NCBI GenBank assembly: GCA_964187785.1
Contig: OZ076409.1
Span: forward strand, 73,038,001 to 73,102,000
Length of the DNA stretch: 64,000 bases
Direction: 5' to 3'
Source of the DNA: Amphiscolops sp. MND2022
Lineage: Eukaryota
This document shows positions 23,069 to 35,200 of the stretch, one piece after another (within the stretch, counting starts at the first letter, position 1; the number at the start of each line of letters is the position of its first letter). A model generated the notes under the pieces. The model had not been told where the DNA came from, did not search any database, and was given only the letters and a program-made list of their open reading frames with translations. Made by a program: the position numbers and the translations under genes.

Positions 23069-26000
23069 CTAGGTGGTCAGTGCTGTTGCGTTCATTTTTT
23101 TCCGGCCGTGGGGGAGGGCCCCTCTGAGGCCGGTCATTTTTCAGGTAACAGCTTTCTTATACAAAAAAGCGGGAAAAAACCTCAGTGCTCAAATCCCTAC
23201 CGTCAGAATGAGCTGAAATTTGGCATGTAGCTAGTGCATTGCAAATGATTAGGATTGGTTATAACGCTATGTTTGGCAAAATTGGTTTTGTTGCGTTTTT
23301 TTTGTCATATAGGGCTAAAAATGGCCTTTTTGCGTATTTTTTGCTTGACAAGCTAAAAACTCGCGTTGGGTTGATACTAGCGATACGGGTGTGGTGTATG
23401 GAATTGTAAGATTACCAAGTACCTTGCTGATCACGTTATTTGATTTCCGCTCACATCACCCCCCACGCCGGAAATGCCCAATTTGTCACTTCCGGTCGCT
23501 ATATTTGACTTTTTTGGATGAAGTCAAAGCCCATTTCCGATGTGAAGGAGTGGGTTGAGCGCTCTGACCACGATATACTAAAAGTAGGTTTAGACAAAGT
23601 CCTTTCAAGAAAAAAGTAATGTGAGCCCGTAACTATCACCCCCTCACCGGAAATAGGGGTCACGCCTCCTTTTTCTGTGCTGCAAAAGTGACATGTGTAC
23701 ATTTGTCCAACTCCGAAGCCCCGGAGCACCGTGGGACCCTTAGACTTTCTAAACACCAATCCCACACGCTACCGGAAGTGACCGGAAGTTTCACCGGAAA
23801 TGACCTCCTTGGACCGGAAATGGTCAAAAAAGGACTTTTTCAATAAAAAATAGACACTTTTGGTGCAATTTTTAGGCAAAAAGCATAATTCGTGATACGC
23901 TTGTTGCAGTTGAAAGGGCCATTGTTCAGCAAGAATGCATACAGCATTACGTAGCACATCAAGTGGTTGATAATTTTTTGTCCATAATATCCATAGGACC
24001 GGAAATGGCCATTTTTGAATCGGAAATTTCTTCAGCTTAATTTTTAACAAGTTTTTCCACAATATTACTGTAGGAATTGCTCGTCGGATGCTTTAGGTCT
24101 ATTTTAAAACTAGCTGACTGCTTCTTAGAAATGTATTTCAGAAATCCCAACCAATTCCAGATTACCGGAAATGGGAGTAATTGCCTCCTTTATGACCTTT
24201 GAATGATAAATTGTTAAAATCCGCAAATTATTTTATTCCACAACTGTTGCTCAGTTTATATCTAAGCAATAACATCTGCTTGTTTTGAAGTGCTGTATTG
24301 TGGGAGATACAAATATTGCTTTTTAATAGTAATACATACGTGATATTCGCCGCAATAAAGATTTTTCAAATCAACCATTTTGAAGTCCCACTGGTGTTCC
24401 GCGCACCCGAAATAATTTAGGTTTCTAGTTTCGATTTTCAGGCTTCCGCGACTATTGAGTTGAGATGATAGTTTTCACGTTCTCTGCAAAACGGGCATTT
24501 CATTGTGTATGTGACATTTATTGGGTTGTTTCAAATGGTAATTCAAAACTAATTGATCATACAATTTAGAACAATTGAAAATTTTCAATTGAACAATAAA
24601 TGTTTTAATAATTTCTCTTTCGTTAAAGATACTCTTTTGTGGCCATTAGAACAGGTTGAATTGGTTGAATAAGTAACCAGTGCGATACATCGTTTAATAC
24701 ATAGCGTTTGACATCGTTTTCTTGCGAACAAAGACAAGCATGATTTGTTGGAAGTTTTTACCATATCGCTTCAAATCGGTCGTGACAAACAATGAATTTC
24801 TCGTTTTAATTGCTACTTCGAACGCAGCCTGAAAACGCAAATCGATCTATTGAGTTATGGAGATGCAACTAAGCATTTCAAGTCTGGGTTTCAATTTAAT
24901 TCTATCACTCCGGACTATTTTTATGTCGCAAAAGTGATAAAGGGTGTTAGCAAGGTTAAAAACATCGAACAATTTTAAAAATAATGCTTCCGGAAAGGGA
25001 AGAAAAATGAGTTTTCCTGTCAAAACTATGATAACCACGTACGAAACATCAAGTATTTGTATTGTTCAATAGTCCAAAACATGAATGAAGTTTTTAAATA
25101 TCCAAGAGTTTCTAATCAAGCATGCGTTTCAAATGTCTCACAGGGCAGCATCGTTTTCAAAAAACAGTGCTTTCAATGTGGTTTCATACCAGCAAAACGA
25201 ACGCAGGCACAACCACATTCTCAAAATTCTTGCACAACAACCAATTTCTTTGAAAATCCTATTTGATACCTCAAGGTATATGGTGAGAACCCTGTTGGGT
25301 TCCAAAGTTGATGTGCTGTTTTCTTGGGTTTGCGAGATAAGTTACAACGGAAATCTGAAAGCAGGTCGTCTCAATAAAATACCTGTTGCTCTTTAAACGA
25401 TTGGACTTAAGTAGTCGAAATTTATTCTCACACACTTTCGATCAGAGAATGTTTGAGTCCTAACGTTCGAATCAGGTTGGTTTCAGGTGGCTCGAAGTGC
25501 CAGCTGAACCAACCTTTCAAATAAAGAAAAACCCCACACCTCCCTTCATGCCACGCTACCCCGTATAGCGTTTCAACTTGACAGAAATTGGAACGTTTGA
25601 TTTTGGCGTCACTTGGGATTGACACACCAGTGTTGATACTAAATTTGGCAAAGAGAAATCGCAGAAATGATTGTTTCTGTTTTTCCCTTTGATTTAGTGT
25701 GTCGAGCGTACAAAGCAGTTTGGGAAATTAACTTGCATTTCCACTGAACGAAAAGCAAAAGTAGTAACATTGAAAACTTCCGGAATAAATTTAATCAGGT
25801 TTCCGTATTTGTGAGATCAGCTGCCACTCAGTTATCAGTTACATCTTTCAAATTTTTAAGAACAACTAATCTAATTTTGCTCGACTCTCTTGGATAAGGC
25901 AACAATAGTTTACTAATCTGTACTCGTGGAAAAAAGTCAACTGCCGGGTCAAAAACAATCTGTATGTAACTTTTCTCTCGTGCAAAGTTATTTTTTACCC

Positions 26001-26139
26001 CCTCTGACTCAACTATAGCATGTACGTAATGAAACCAATAACACCTTCAACTGTTAATCAACGCCCACCGTCCGTAGGCATGCCGAGGCATGCCTTTCGA
26101 CGACGCGCGCCAAAAACAATATAACGGCGCCACCCGCTT
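23069..26139 (+). mobile_element. Long divergent cassette (3071 bp) with about 2 kb of AT-rich sequence unique in the window
   Basis: Bounded by junctions. Has HP3 (23102-23133), the GCTGAAATTTGGCATG box and CCGGAA repeats (23772-23819). About 24000-26040 has no counterpart elsewhere in the window. It ends in a variant junction (CTGGGTG). Confidence 0.6.
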
Positions 26140-27411
26140 CTGGGTGGCCGGGAACTTTTTTTCCTGCATTTTTCTGTCCAATTGGGGGAGGGGCCCCAAG
26201 TGGCTGTTATCCGGTTTTACTACCTACCCTAAACACGCTCAAAAAATGACGATCTCGAAAACCACCCCTTAGATTTTCCTGAAACTTTGCATACAGGCTT
26301 AGAATCAAATCCTAAGAACTATTTCCTACTGGCGTTTTTCTGAATTTTTTCAAAAAGTTGGTCAAAAATGCAACAAAAGTTGCAAATGGACATAAAAAAC
26401 GCAACTTTTCGACTTTGAGGGCTCATAACTTTTTCCAGAGTGCCCGGAGCAATTCGCACATTAAGAACAACATTGCTCAGCAATATTGGAGGAGTGCGTG
26501 GACAAATTTGGGGTTGAATTGGATGAAAATTGACTGAGAAATAAACGAAAATTTTGGTGCATTTGTTGCAAATACCAGTTTATCTCTGCCATTTTCGCCC
26601 AAAATTTTTCCCAGAGCCTTTACAGGAGGCAACCCCTGCCCAAATTTCTGCCGAGCAAACCCATTTGGCCCTAAATACGAGGTTTCAGCGTTCTAGCATT
26701 TCCTGGCAAAAAGTTGTGGGACTCAGAAAAATTTCAAAAAACGCAAAAATTGTAAAAATTAACTTCTGGCGTCCCAAAGTCAAAAAACTTTCACACAACT
26801 AGTATTGCAAGTGAATGCATGTGGAAAGTACTTGCATAGACGAGAAAAATGAGCTATAGAACGACTCTGTAGCTTAATCTGACGTTGACTTATGACATTT
26901 GAGTGTGAGCTTCCTATAGGATTTTAATGTCAAAAATGAGATTTTGTAAGTCATGTCTAATCAAAAACTCATCGGAATACGTTCAATCATCCCCATAGCT
27001 GTTCAATTACAGTGGCTCAGTAGAGCAACGCCATTTAATGTCCTTGGACCCATTTTGAAAATTTTCCTTGCCGTCTTATTCGTCCGATATCACGAAACAG
27101 TTGAGTACATTCCATCTCCCCCCTTGTGGGGGAGATGAGAATGTACTCGCCAAAGACCTGATACAGTGGCCCATATTGAGTTTTATTTGACTTTTCTCAC
27201 GATATTGCACACGGATAGCTGTGTTTGGTAAAAGTTTTCCTTTGCACAATGTCTCCAGAAGCTAAACCACTTCTTTAGCTTACACTTCTACTCAAACATC
27301 ACCAACGTCAACGCCACATACTCGCATCAACGCCCACCGTCCGTGGGCATGCCAAGGCATGCCCTTCGACGACGTATGCCAAATAGCGCCACCTGGCGCC
27401 CCCAATTTCCG

Positions 27412-29600
27412 CTAGGTGGAGGTTATTTTATAATAATTAAAGTGTTTTTTTCCGGAGTTTGTGGCTTTGGAAAAAACAAAAGGCGAGAAATTGGGCACTC
27501 CGGGCTGAACCGTATACACTCAAAATTCGCCCAATATTTATACGATCTCGAAACCCAGCCGTACGATTTGGCTGAAAATTTGCATGCGGCTAAAAAATCA
27601 GATTCTAAGAACTATTTCCTGCTGACATTTTTTTGAAATTTTTGTGTACGTTTCCCCCCCGCCCCCTAAAGGGGTCAATTTTCCCCAATTTTGCACTTAT
27701 GAGTCAAATTCTCAAAACTGGTGGATCTGAGCGTATTCCCAGCGGAGACAACTTTTAACGAGCGCTCTTCAGTAGACCTTTTTGACTTTTTACTTTGGTG
27801 GTAGGTTCACCCCCCAAGGAGGAAATGGCTTTTTTGTGACTTCCGGTCGAGACTTTTTTCACCCAAAAAATAGAAATAAGCCAGTTTTGAGCAGGAAGGA
27901 GTGGATTTGAAGTGTCTGTACCCTTCTAAAAATTTGTTGGGCTTGTAGCGATATATCTCATACCAAGTCTGGTTTTCACCCCCAAACCCCCCTTGGGACC
28001 AAAATTCACCCAAACTTTTTTACCTCTGTTTGTAGTTTTTTTGCAAATTGTCGTCATTTCCATGGGTAAAGAGTTGAATTAGGGGCTCCTAATAGGGTAC
28101 CAATATTCAAGTACACTTGCAGTGCAACTGAGTGACCCTTGTTGGGCCTCTCGTGTGCTCGGCAAGGACCGGAAGTGGTGTAAACCCCCCTTTTTTGACG
28201 TTTGTTGACCTTGAGTCTCGCGCTTAGATGACGTTTATGTCGCGCAAGTCCTACAAACCAGTATTCGGATGACACGCTAGCCAACTAGAGAGCAATACGG
28301 GAAACCATAACATACCGGAAGTAACCCTCCGTGACCGGAAGTTGTCATTTTTGGCCGGAAATGGTCCAAAACCTAGCGTAAAAGCAGTTTTTCTTTGCTT
28401 TTAAAGTCAACTTATTACAATTTTCAATCTGCGCGAGCTTGTCCTAAGGTTCGTTCTGTTGCCAGTGCACACTTTAACAAATATACATCTGTAAAATTTT
28501 CGCTATAATATCGTCGGAGAGAGAAATAACGGGTTTATGGGACTTTTTTCAAAAACGATAGTCTGTATCTGTCTTTTTTACCCAACGTTTTTCAACAGTA
28601 GAACCACAGGGGTTAGTCTCTGCCCAAATATATGCCTAACAAAACCAGTTCACCCATTGGTTGCAATTTGAGCGTTCTAGCTTTGCCAGGTCACAAGTTA
28701 TGAGACTTGAAAAGTTTCCAAATTTTTTTCCGAAAATTTGTTTCTAAACTTCATGTCTCCCAAAGTTAAGAATCTTCCGCACAACTAGGATTGCAAGTGA
28801 ATGCATGTGGTAGAACCTTTAAATGGAGAGAAAATATCCGTATAGAACGTCTCTTTATCGTATTTTGACGTCGAGAGATGTTGCTTTGAATGCCAGCTTG
28901 ATAAGACGTCGAGTAGTAACAGTGTGTAAATGGAACATATGTCTCAACAAATACTCATCGGAATACATGCGATGAAACCCAATTACCCTCAATTTCAGTT
29001 GCCTAGTACAACAACGTCTTCCAAGGAACTTTTAATCTTTTTGAGAAGTGTTGAAGTCATCATTAAATTCAGTTAGCAAGAAACAATTGAGTACATTCTC
29101 ATCTCTCCCCATCGGGTGAGATGAGAATGTTCTTGCTAAAAGCCAGGTACTACTGCCCAATTTTGTTTTATTGCGACGCATTCGGTGCTTTAGCACATAG
29201 ATACTTTTATTCCGTCTCACGTTTTGTATACACTCTGATTTGTTGTTATAAATTTCTCGTCATTACTTTACATAAACTAACTACAATCGTGAACTTCAAC
29301 GTCATAGCCAAATTCATTTAGACGCCCACCTTTCCGTGGGTATGCCGAGGTATGCCTTTCGAAGACGTATGTCAAAACGCAAATGCGATAAAAAAGGTGC
29401 TGATATTCGGAAACAGTGACAAACAAATTGACTATTTGATATTTGGTAGGTTTTTATATGGAACTTACACATCACTGACATTTCAAAACATTCCAGCTGA
29501 CGGCCACATACGAACATCAACGCCCACCGTCCGTGGGCATGCCGAGGCATGCCCTTCGACGACGTATGGCAAATACCTTCATCGACGCCTCCACATTCCC
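27412..29600 (+). mobile_element. Composite 2189-bp unit: divergent-family 5' half, decayed main-family 3' half, degenerate junction, then a 208-bp segment
   Basis: CCGGAA triplet at 28315-28360; main-family-like blocks at about 28670-28870; HP1 variant at about 29089-29133; degenerate junction at 29321-29399; intact junction at about 29516-29607. Confidence 0.65.
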
Positions 29601-30873
29601 CTAGGTGCCGGTGTCTTTTTACACAATGGGGGAAGTTGCGCGGTTGGGGAGGGTCCCTGACGCGCTTCCGTGAGATCAGGTTTTTCAACTAGTGAAATCG
29701 ACAAAGAAAATTGAGATCTCGTAAACTAGCCATACGATTTGGCTGAAATTTGGCACAGAGCTCCGTTGGAACATTGTAAGAACAAATCCCTACTGACGTT
29801 TTGCCCGCTAAACATTTTTTATTGGTCAAAAATGCGATTTTCCGACAAAATTTTTGACTTTTTTTTCTTTGACAGTCTTTATCTCGCCACAGGGTTACGC
29901 TAGCGACCCAAAACCTCACTTATTATAATTTGCAAACTGTCTCAGGAATACGGTGTGAAATTTTCAGGTCAATCGGACTTAAACTCAGCGACTTAGAGCG
30001 ATTTTTTAGGTGCATTTTTTGACATTTTTTGCATTTGCTGATTTATCTTTGCCGTTTTTTGCCCAGATTTTTTTCTAGACCCTCTCCTAAAGGCCTCCCC
30101 TGGCCGGTTTACCTCCCAGAAAAACCATTTGGGCCTAAATACGGAGTTTCAGCGTTCTAGCATTCCCGGGCGAAAAGTTGTGGGACTTAGAATAATTTTT
30201 TTGGAAACGCAAAATGTGTAAAGTCAACTTCAGGCCTCCCAAAGTCAAGGAACTTCCACACAACTAGGATTGCAAGTGAATGCATGTGGAAAGTACTCGA
30301 CCAGACGAGAAAAATGAGCTATAGAACGACTCTGTAGCTTAACTTGACGTTGACTTATGACATTTTGAATGTGAGCTTGCTGAGTATTCTGAAAGTTAAA
30401 AATTGAAAATGGTAACTAAGTCTCATTGAAAACTCACCGGAATCCGTGCAATGGACCCCAGAGCGTGCTCAAATTTAGTTTTCTAATCTATCAACACCAT
30501 TCAAGGTCTTTTGACTAATGTTGAAAAAATTGATACCGTATTATTCATCCGAGAGCACGAAACAGTTGAGTACATTCCATCTCCCCTCCGTGGGAGATGA
30601 GAATGTACTCGCTAACGTCCAGGTACTACAGCCCATATTTGTTTTAATGCGACGCTCTTTATGCTAGTGCGTACACGTAATAATCTTTTAACTGAACTTT
30701 CTATTGTCTGCACTTTGAGTTTGACTTGACATATTCTGATTGTTTTTGTCCTTACAACATACACATGACTAACGTCAACGCCCCATCCTTCAATCAACGC
30801 CCACCGTCCGTGGGCATGCCGAGGCATGCCCTTCGACGACGTATAGCTAAGATATTCCCAAGCGCGGTAGCCG

Positions 30874-32270
30874 CTAGGTGGTCGGGTATTTTTTTTACTC
30901 GTATATGACGTTTGCGAGGCTTTGGGGAGGGCCCCGTGCCGAGCCTGTACCGAAATTTACCACATACCAGAAGTGTCCGATTTAATCGAGATCTCCAAAA
31001 CTAACCGTTAGAATTCTCTGAAATTTTGCATGTGGCCCCTAATCAATGAGTAATGAAAAAGTGTAGGAGTGACGGTTGCTGAAAAACTTGTCTTTGTTGC
31101 ACTTTTTGCGCAATTTGTGTCGCATTGTTGCGTTTTTTATGTCATTTTCGACTTTTCAAGCAAAAAAGTCATAGATGCTTTGTTCCTAGCGTATCAAGTG
31201 TGGAGCACGAAAAGTTGCAGCATCTTCAATAACGTATGCTGAGAAAATTTGGTTGCCCTCGGCTTACCCCCCACAGAGATACAGAGGTGCTTCCGGTTAT
31301 TTTTGACCCCTAAATTTGGGAAAATGCTAATTATCGTAATAAAGCCGTAGAGTTAGCGTGTGCACACCCTGCTGGAGATTTGTTAGGCATTTTGAGATAG
31401 ATCCGATGACATGCGTTCAGTTCACCCCCATCACCCCCTGGACCGGAAATGAACTTTTTTGTGTCCTTTCAGACCGGAAGTCTCCATTTTCAACGGTAAG
31501 GAGTCCTTGTACGAACAACTCGCAGGGCATCAAAATTGAAGTACAATGTGGGGTGAGCCTAGTTACCACGTGTTGTCCAGTCATGGGTACCGCCATGACC
31601 GGAAACGGGGTCAAAACCCCCCCTATTGGTTGTTTTTTTATCAGTTTGACTAGTGTTTGGTCCACATTCAAGTCGCATAAGCACATTAAACCAGTGTGAG
31701 CATAGACTGCATGTTCACTGCGTAGACGTAACTGACGCTGCCATATACCGGAAGTAACCCCCTCTGACCGGAAGGGGTCAATTTTGACCGGAAATGGTCC
31801 AAAAAGTAGCGTAAATGCAGTTTTTCTTTGCTTTTTAAGGTCAAGTTACTACTTTCTTTTCAATTTGAATGCTATTTTCCACGCAAAAAGCTAACATCGT
31901 TGCATGTTTTGCTGAAGATCTGAAAAGTGCCCACCTTTATCACCCCCGATAGCCTTTCAAGTTGACCTTGGGTCAATCTTGAAGGCTATCTGTACTTAAA
32001 ACGAAAAATAGAGTTAATTAGATTTCTCCTTTACGTTGACATTTTTCCTTCACATTAATTTGTTATGAAAAGAGTTTTTCCCAACTGAAAGATCTTAAAA
32101 TTGGTCAAAAGGTGCCACCCTGACAAAGATTATTTGCAATTGAAGTAAACTGAGAAAGAAGGTAGTGTTAGTCGACATCACACAAACTTACCAACGCCCA
32201 CCGTCTGTGGGCATGCCGAGGCATGCCCTTCGACGACGTATGCCCAATATACGCGTTAGCGCGGTAGCTG
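30874..32270 (+). mobile_element. Divergent-family cassette (1397 bp)
   Basis: Lacks the main-family core block and HP1. Has a CCGGAA triplet at 31748/31768/31788 and an alternative 43-nt hairpin at 31948-31990, with standard junctions at both ends. Confidence 0.65.
31948..31990 (+). other. Alternative long hairpin HP1' (second copy at 43563-43605)
   Basis: GATAGCCTTTCAAGTTGACC-TTG-GGTCAATCTTGAAGGCTATC, 43 nt. Both copies are preceded by TATCACCCCC. Confidence 0.88.
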
Positions 32271-35200
32271 CTAGGTGGCCGGAAATTTTTTTTTTCATCA
32301 AAATCTTTGCCATTGGGGGAGGGGCCCCGGATGGCCAGTAGTACGGCATAGCTCCCTACGGAATCCAGGCAGAAAAAACGTGATTTTGGAAACTAGCCGT
32401 CAGAATTTGCTCAAATTTTGCATACGGCTTCCTATAACAATCCTAAGAACTAATCCCTACTGGCATTTTGCCCAAAAAACGCAAAAAGTTGGTCAAAATC
32501 TTAGTTTTTTGGTCAAAAAATGGCAATTTTTCGAAAAAAAAATTTTTCAGAGACAATTACTCGTAACTGGTTCACCCAGCGCAAAAACGCCTAGCTGATT
32601 TATTGTTGCGCACTTCATGAGGAGTGCGTGTACAAATTTTCGTCCAGATCGGAAAAAAAATGACTAAGTATTAGCCGGAATTCGGACGCATTTTTTCGCA
32701 AATTTTTGAAAACCTAGTCTATCTCTGCCGTTTTTTGCCCAGATTTTTTTCCAGGTCCTCTCCTAAAGGCCTCCCCTGGCCGGTTTACTTCCCAGAAAAA
32801 CCATTTGGCCCTAAATACGGAGTTTCAGCGTTCTAGCATTCCCGGGCGAAAAGATGTGGGACTTAGAAAAAATTCAAAATTTTTCAAAAATTTTTTTTTT
32901 CGTTTTCCGGCCCCCCAATGAAGGGGAACGACCCCCCAACGAGGATTTTTGGTGAATTCACGTGGAAAGGCCTTGTTTTGTGGAGAAAATTGCCCTTTAG
33001 AGCGACTTTTTATCTTAACTTGACGTTGACCTCTGTCGTTTTGAATTTGATATTAGTATGTGTTGAGCATGTGAAAAGTTGATGATTTCAGTTGTTCTCT
33101 CGTGTTCAAGCCATTGAGATACAAGCGGTAGTGATCAAAATGTGATTTATCGCAATTTGATGGTGCTTTTGGTGTATTTTGATTCTTTTGAATAATAAGT
33201 TGTTCTTTATATATTTGGTGTATTGATTCAAATGAACAAGAAACAGTTGAGTACATTTCATCTCCCCCCTTGTGGGGGAGATGAGTATGTACCCGCTAAA
33301 TGACACGCACAATGGCCCAATTTTACTTTTATGCGACGTTTACTAGGATTTTGCGCAAGCCCACTAATGTTTAGACTGGTTTCCTTTTCTTTTACTCCAA
33401 AATTTTCCGTACTAACCACCTTACACACCACCAGCTCAACGTTACTTCTGTAACGTCAACGCCACATACTCGCATCAACGCCCACCGTCCGTGGGCATGC
33501 CGAGGCATGCCCTTCGACGACGTATGCCAAATAGCGCCACAGGGCGCCCAATTTTGTCTAGGTGGCCGTGTCTTTTCGACGTGCTTTTGCATTGAGGAGT
33601 GGGTAGGGCCCCGCGACGACCTAGAAGAATTGGATGCTCACCGAAACGTGCAGAATTCTACGAGATCTCATAGTTTGAGCCATACGATTTTTCTGAAATT
33701 TGGCATGTGGCCTGGAATTGGTGAGTAGGTAAAACGTGTAGAAGGTAATTTTTCCCAAATTCCACTGTGAGAGGAGATATGGGCAAATAACGGACCCAAA
33801 AATGGCAAAAATGCACATTTTTCAACTTTGTCAGCCAATATCTCTTTTCCAGGTGCCCGTAGCGTTCCGCACGTGGACATCAATATTGCTCAGCGCTGTT
33901 GGAGGAGTGCGTGGACAAATTTTGGTTTGAATCGGACTTACACTTGACGAGAAATTAACGGTTTTTTGGGCGTTTCCGGGGTAAATTTTTTAACGGTCCA
34001 GCTTATCTTTGCCATTTTTTCGAAAATGTACATGCCTAAAGGCCTCCCCCTGGCCGAATTTACTCCCAGCAAACCCATTTGGCACTAAATACGGAGTTTC
34101 AGCGTTCCAGCATTCCGGGGCGGAAAGTTGTGGGACTTAGAAAAATTTCAAAATTTTTTCAAAAATTTTTTTTTCCCGTTTTCCGGGCCCCCAATGAAGG
34201 GGAACGACCACCCAACCAGTATTTTGAGTGAATTCATGTGGAACGCCCATGTTTGGAGGAGAAAAATGCCGTTTAGCACATCTTTTTATCTTAACTTGAC
34301 ATTGACTTATGACGTTTTGAATGTGATGTTAGGATATATGAAGCATGTTAAAAGTTGAAGTTTTGAGTCTTTATCTCATCGGAAAACCATTGAGATACAA
34401 GCAGTTTTGCTAAAAACGATTTTCATTGTAGGTTAGCAGAGTATTAGTACACTTTGATGTCATTTGAGTATTTTTTTCTTCTATATAATAACTGTTTTTA
34501 TGTATTTATTCCAATTTATCTCATCTTTTAACATCAAGCAGTTGAGTACATTTCATCTCCCTTTCGGGGGAGATGAGAATGTACTCGCTAAAAACCTAAT
34601 GCTATGGCGCCAATGTTTGGATGGGAAGTTTTCTATGCTTTGAGAAAAGTTATTTTTAATTACTTGATTTTTTAAAACAATAATTAACATGAAGTACATT
34701 ACTTGCTCCTACTACTACCACCATACATCTCTAACGTCAACGCCCCCTGCTTGCATCAACGCCCCATCGTCCGTGGGCATGCCGAGGCATGCCCTTCGAC
34801 GACGTATGCCAAATGCCCAGTGCCACGCAGTCTTTCCCCGCTAGGTGGCCGTGTCTTTTCGACGTGCTTTTGCATCGAGGAGTGGGTAGGGCCCCGCGAC
34901 GACCTAGAAGAATTGGATGCTCACCGAAACGTGCAGAATTCTACGAGATCTCATAGTTTGAGCCATACGATTTTTCTGAAATTTGGCATGTGGCCTGGAA
35001 TTGGTGAGTAGGTAAAACGTGTAGGAGGTAATTTTTCCCAAATTCCATTGTGAGAGGAGATATGGGCAAATAACGGACCCAAAAATAGGGAAAATGCACT
35101 TTTTTCAAGTTTGTCAGCCAATATCTCATTTCCAGGTGCCCGTAGCGTTCCGCACGTGGACGTCAATATTGCTCAGCGCTGTTAGAAGAGTGCGTGGACA

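Noticed and set aside
24700..26040. Possible long pseudogene reading frame in the unique region
   Set aside because: Manual translation of the frames I tried gave frequent stops and no recognisable motif. It cannot be called a pseudogene without a homology search.
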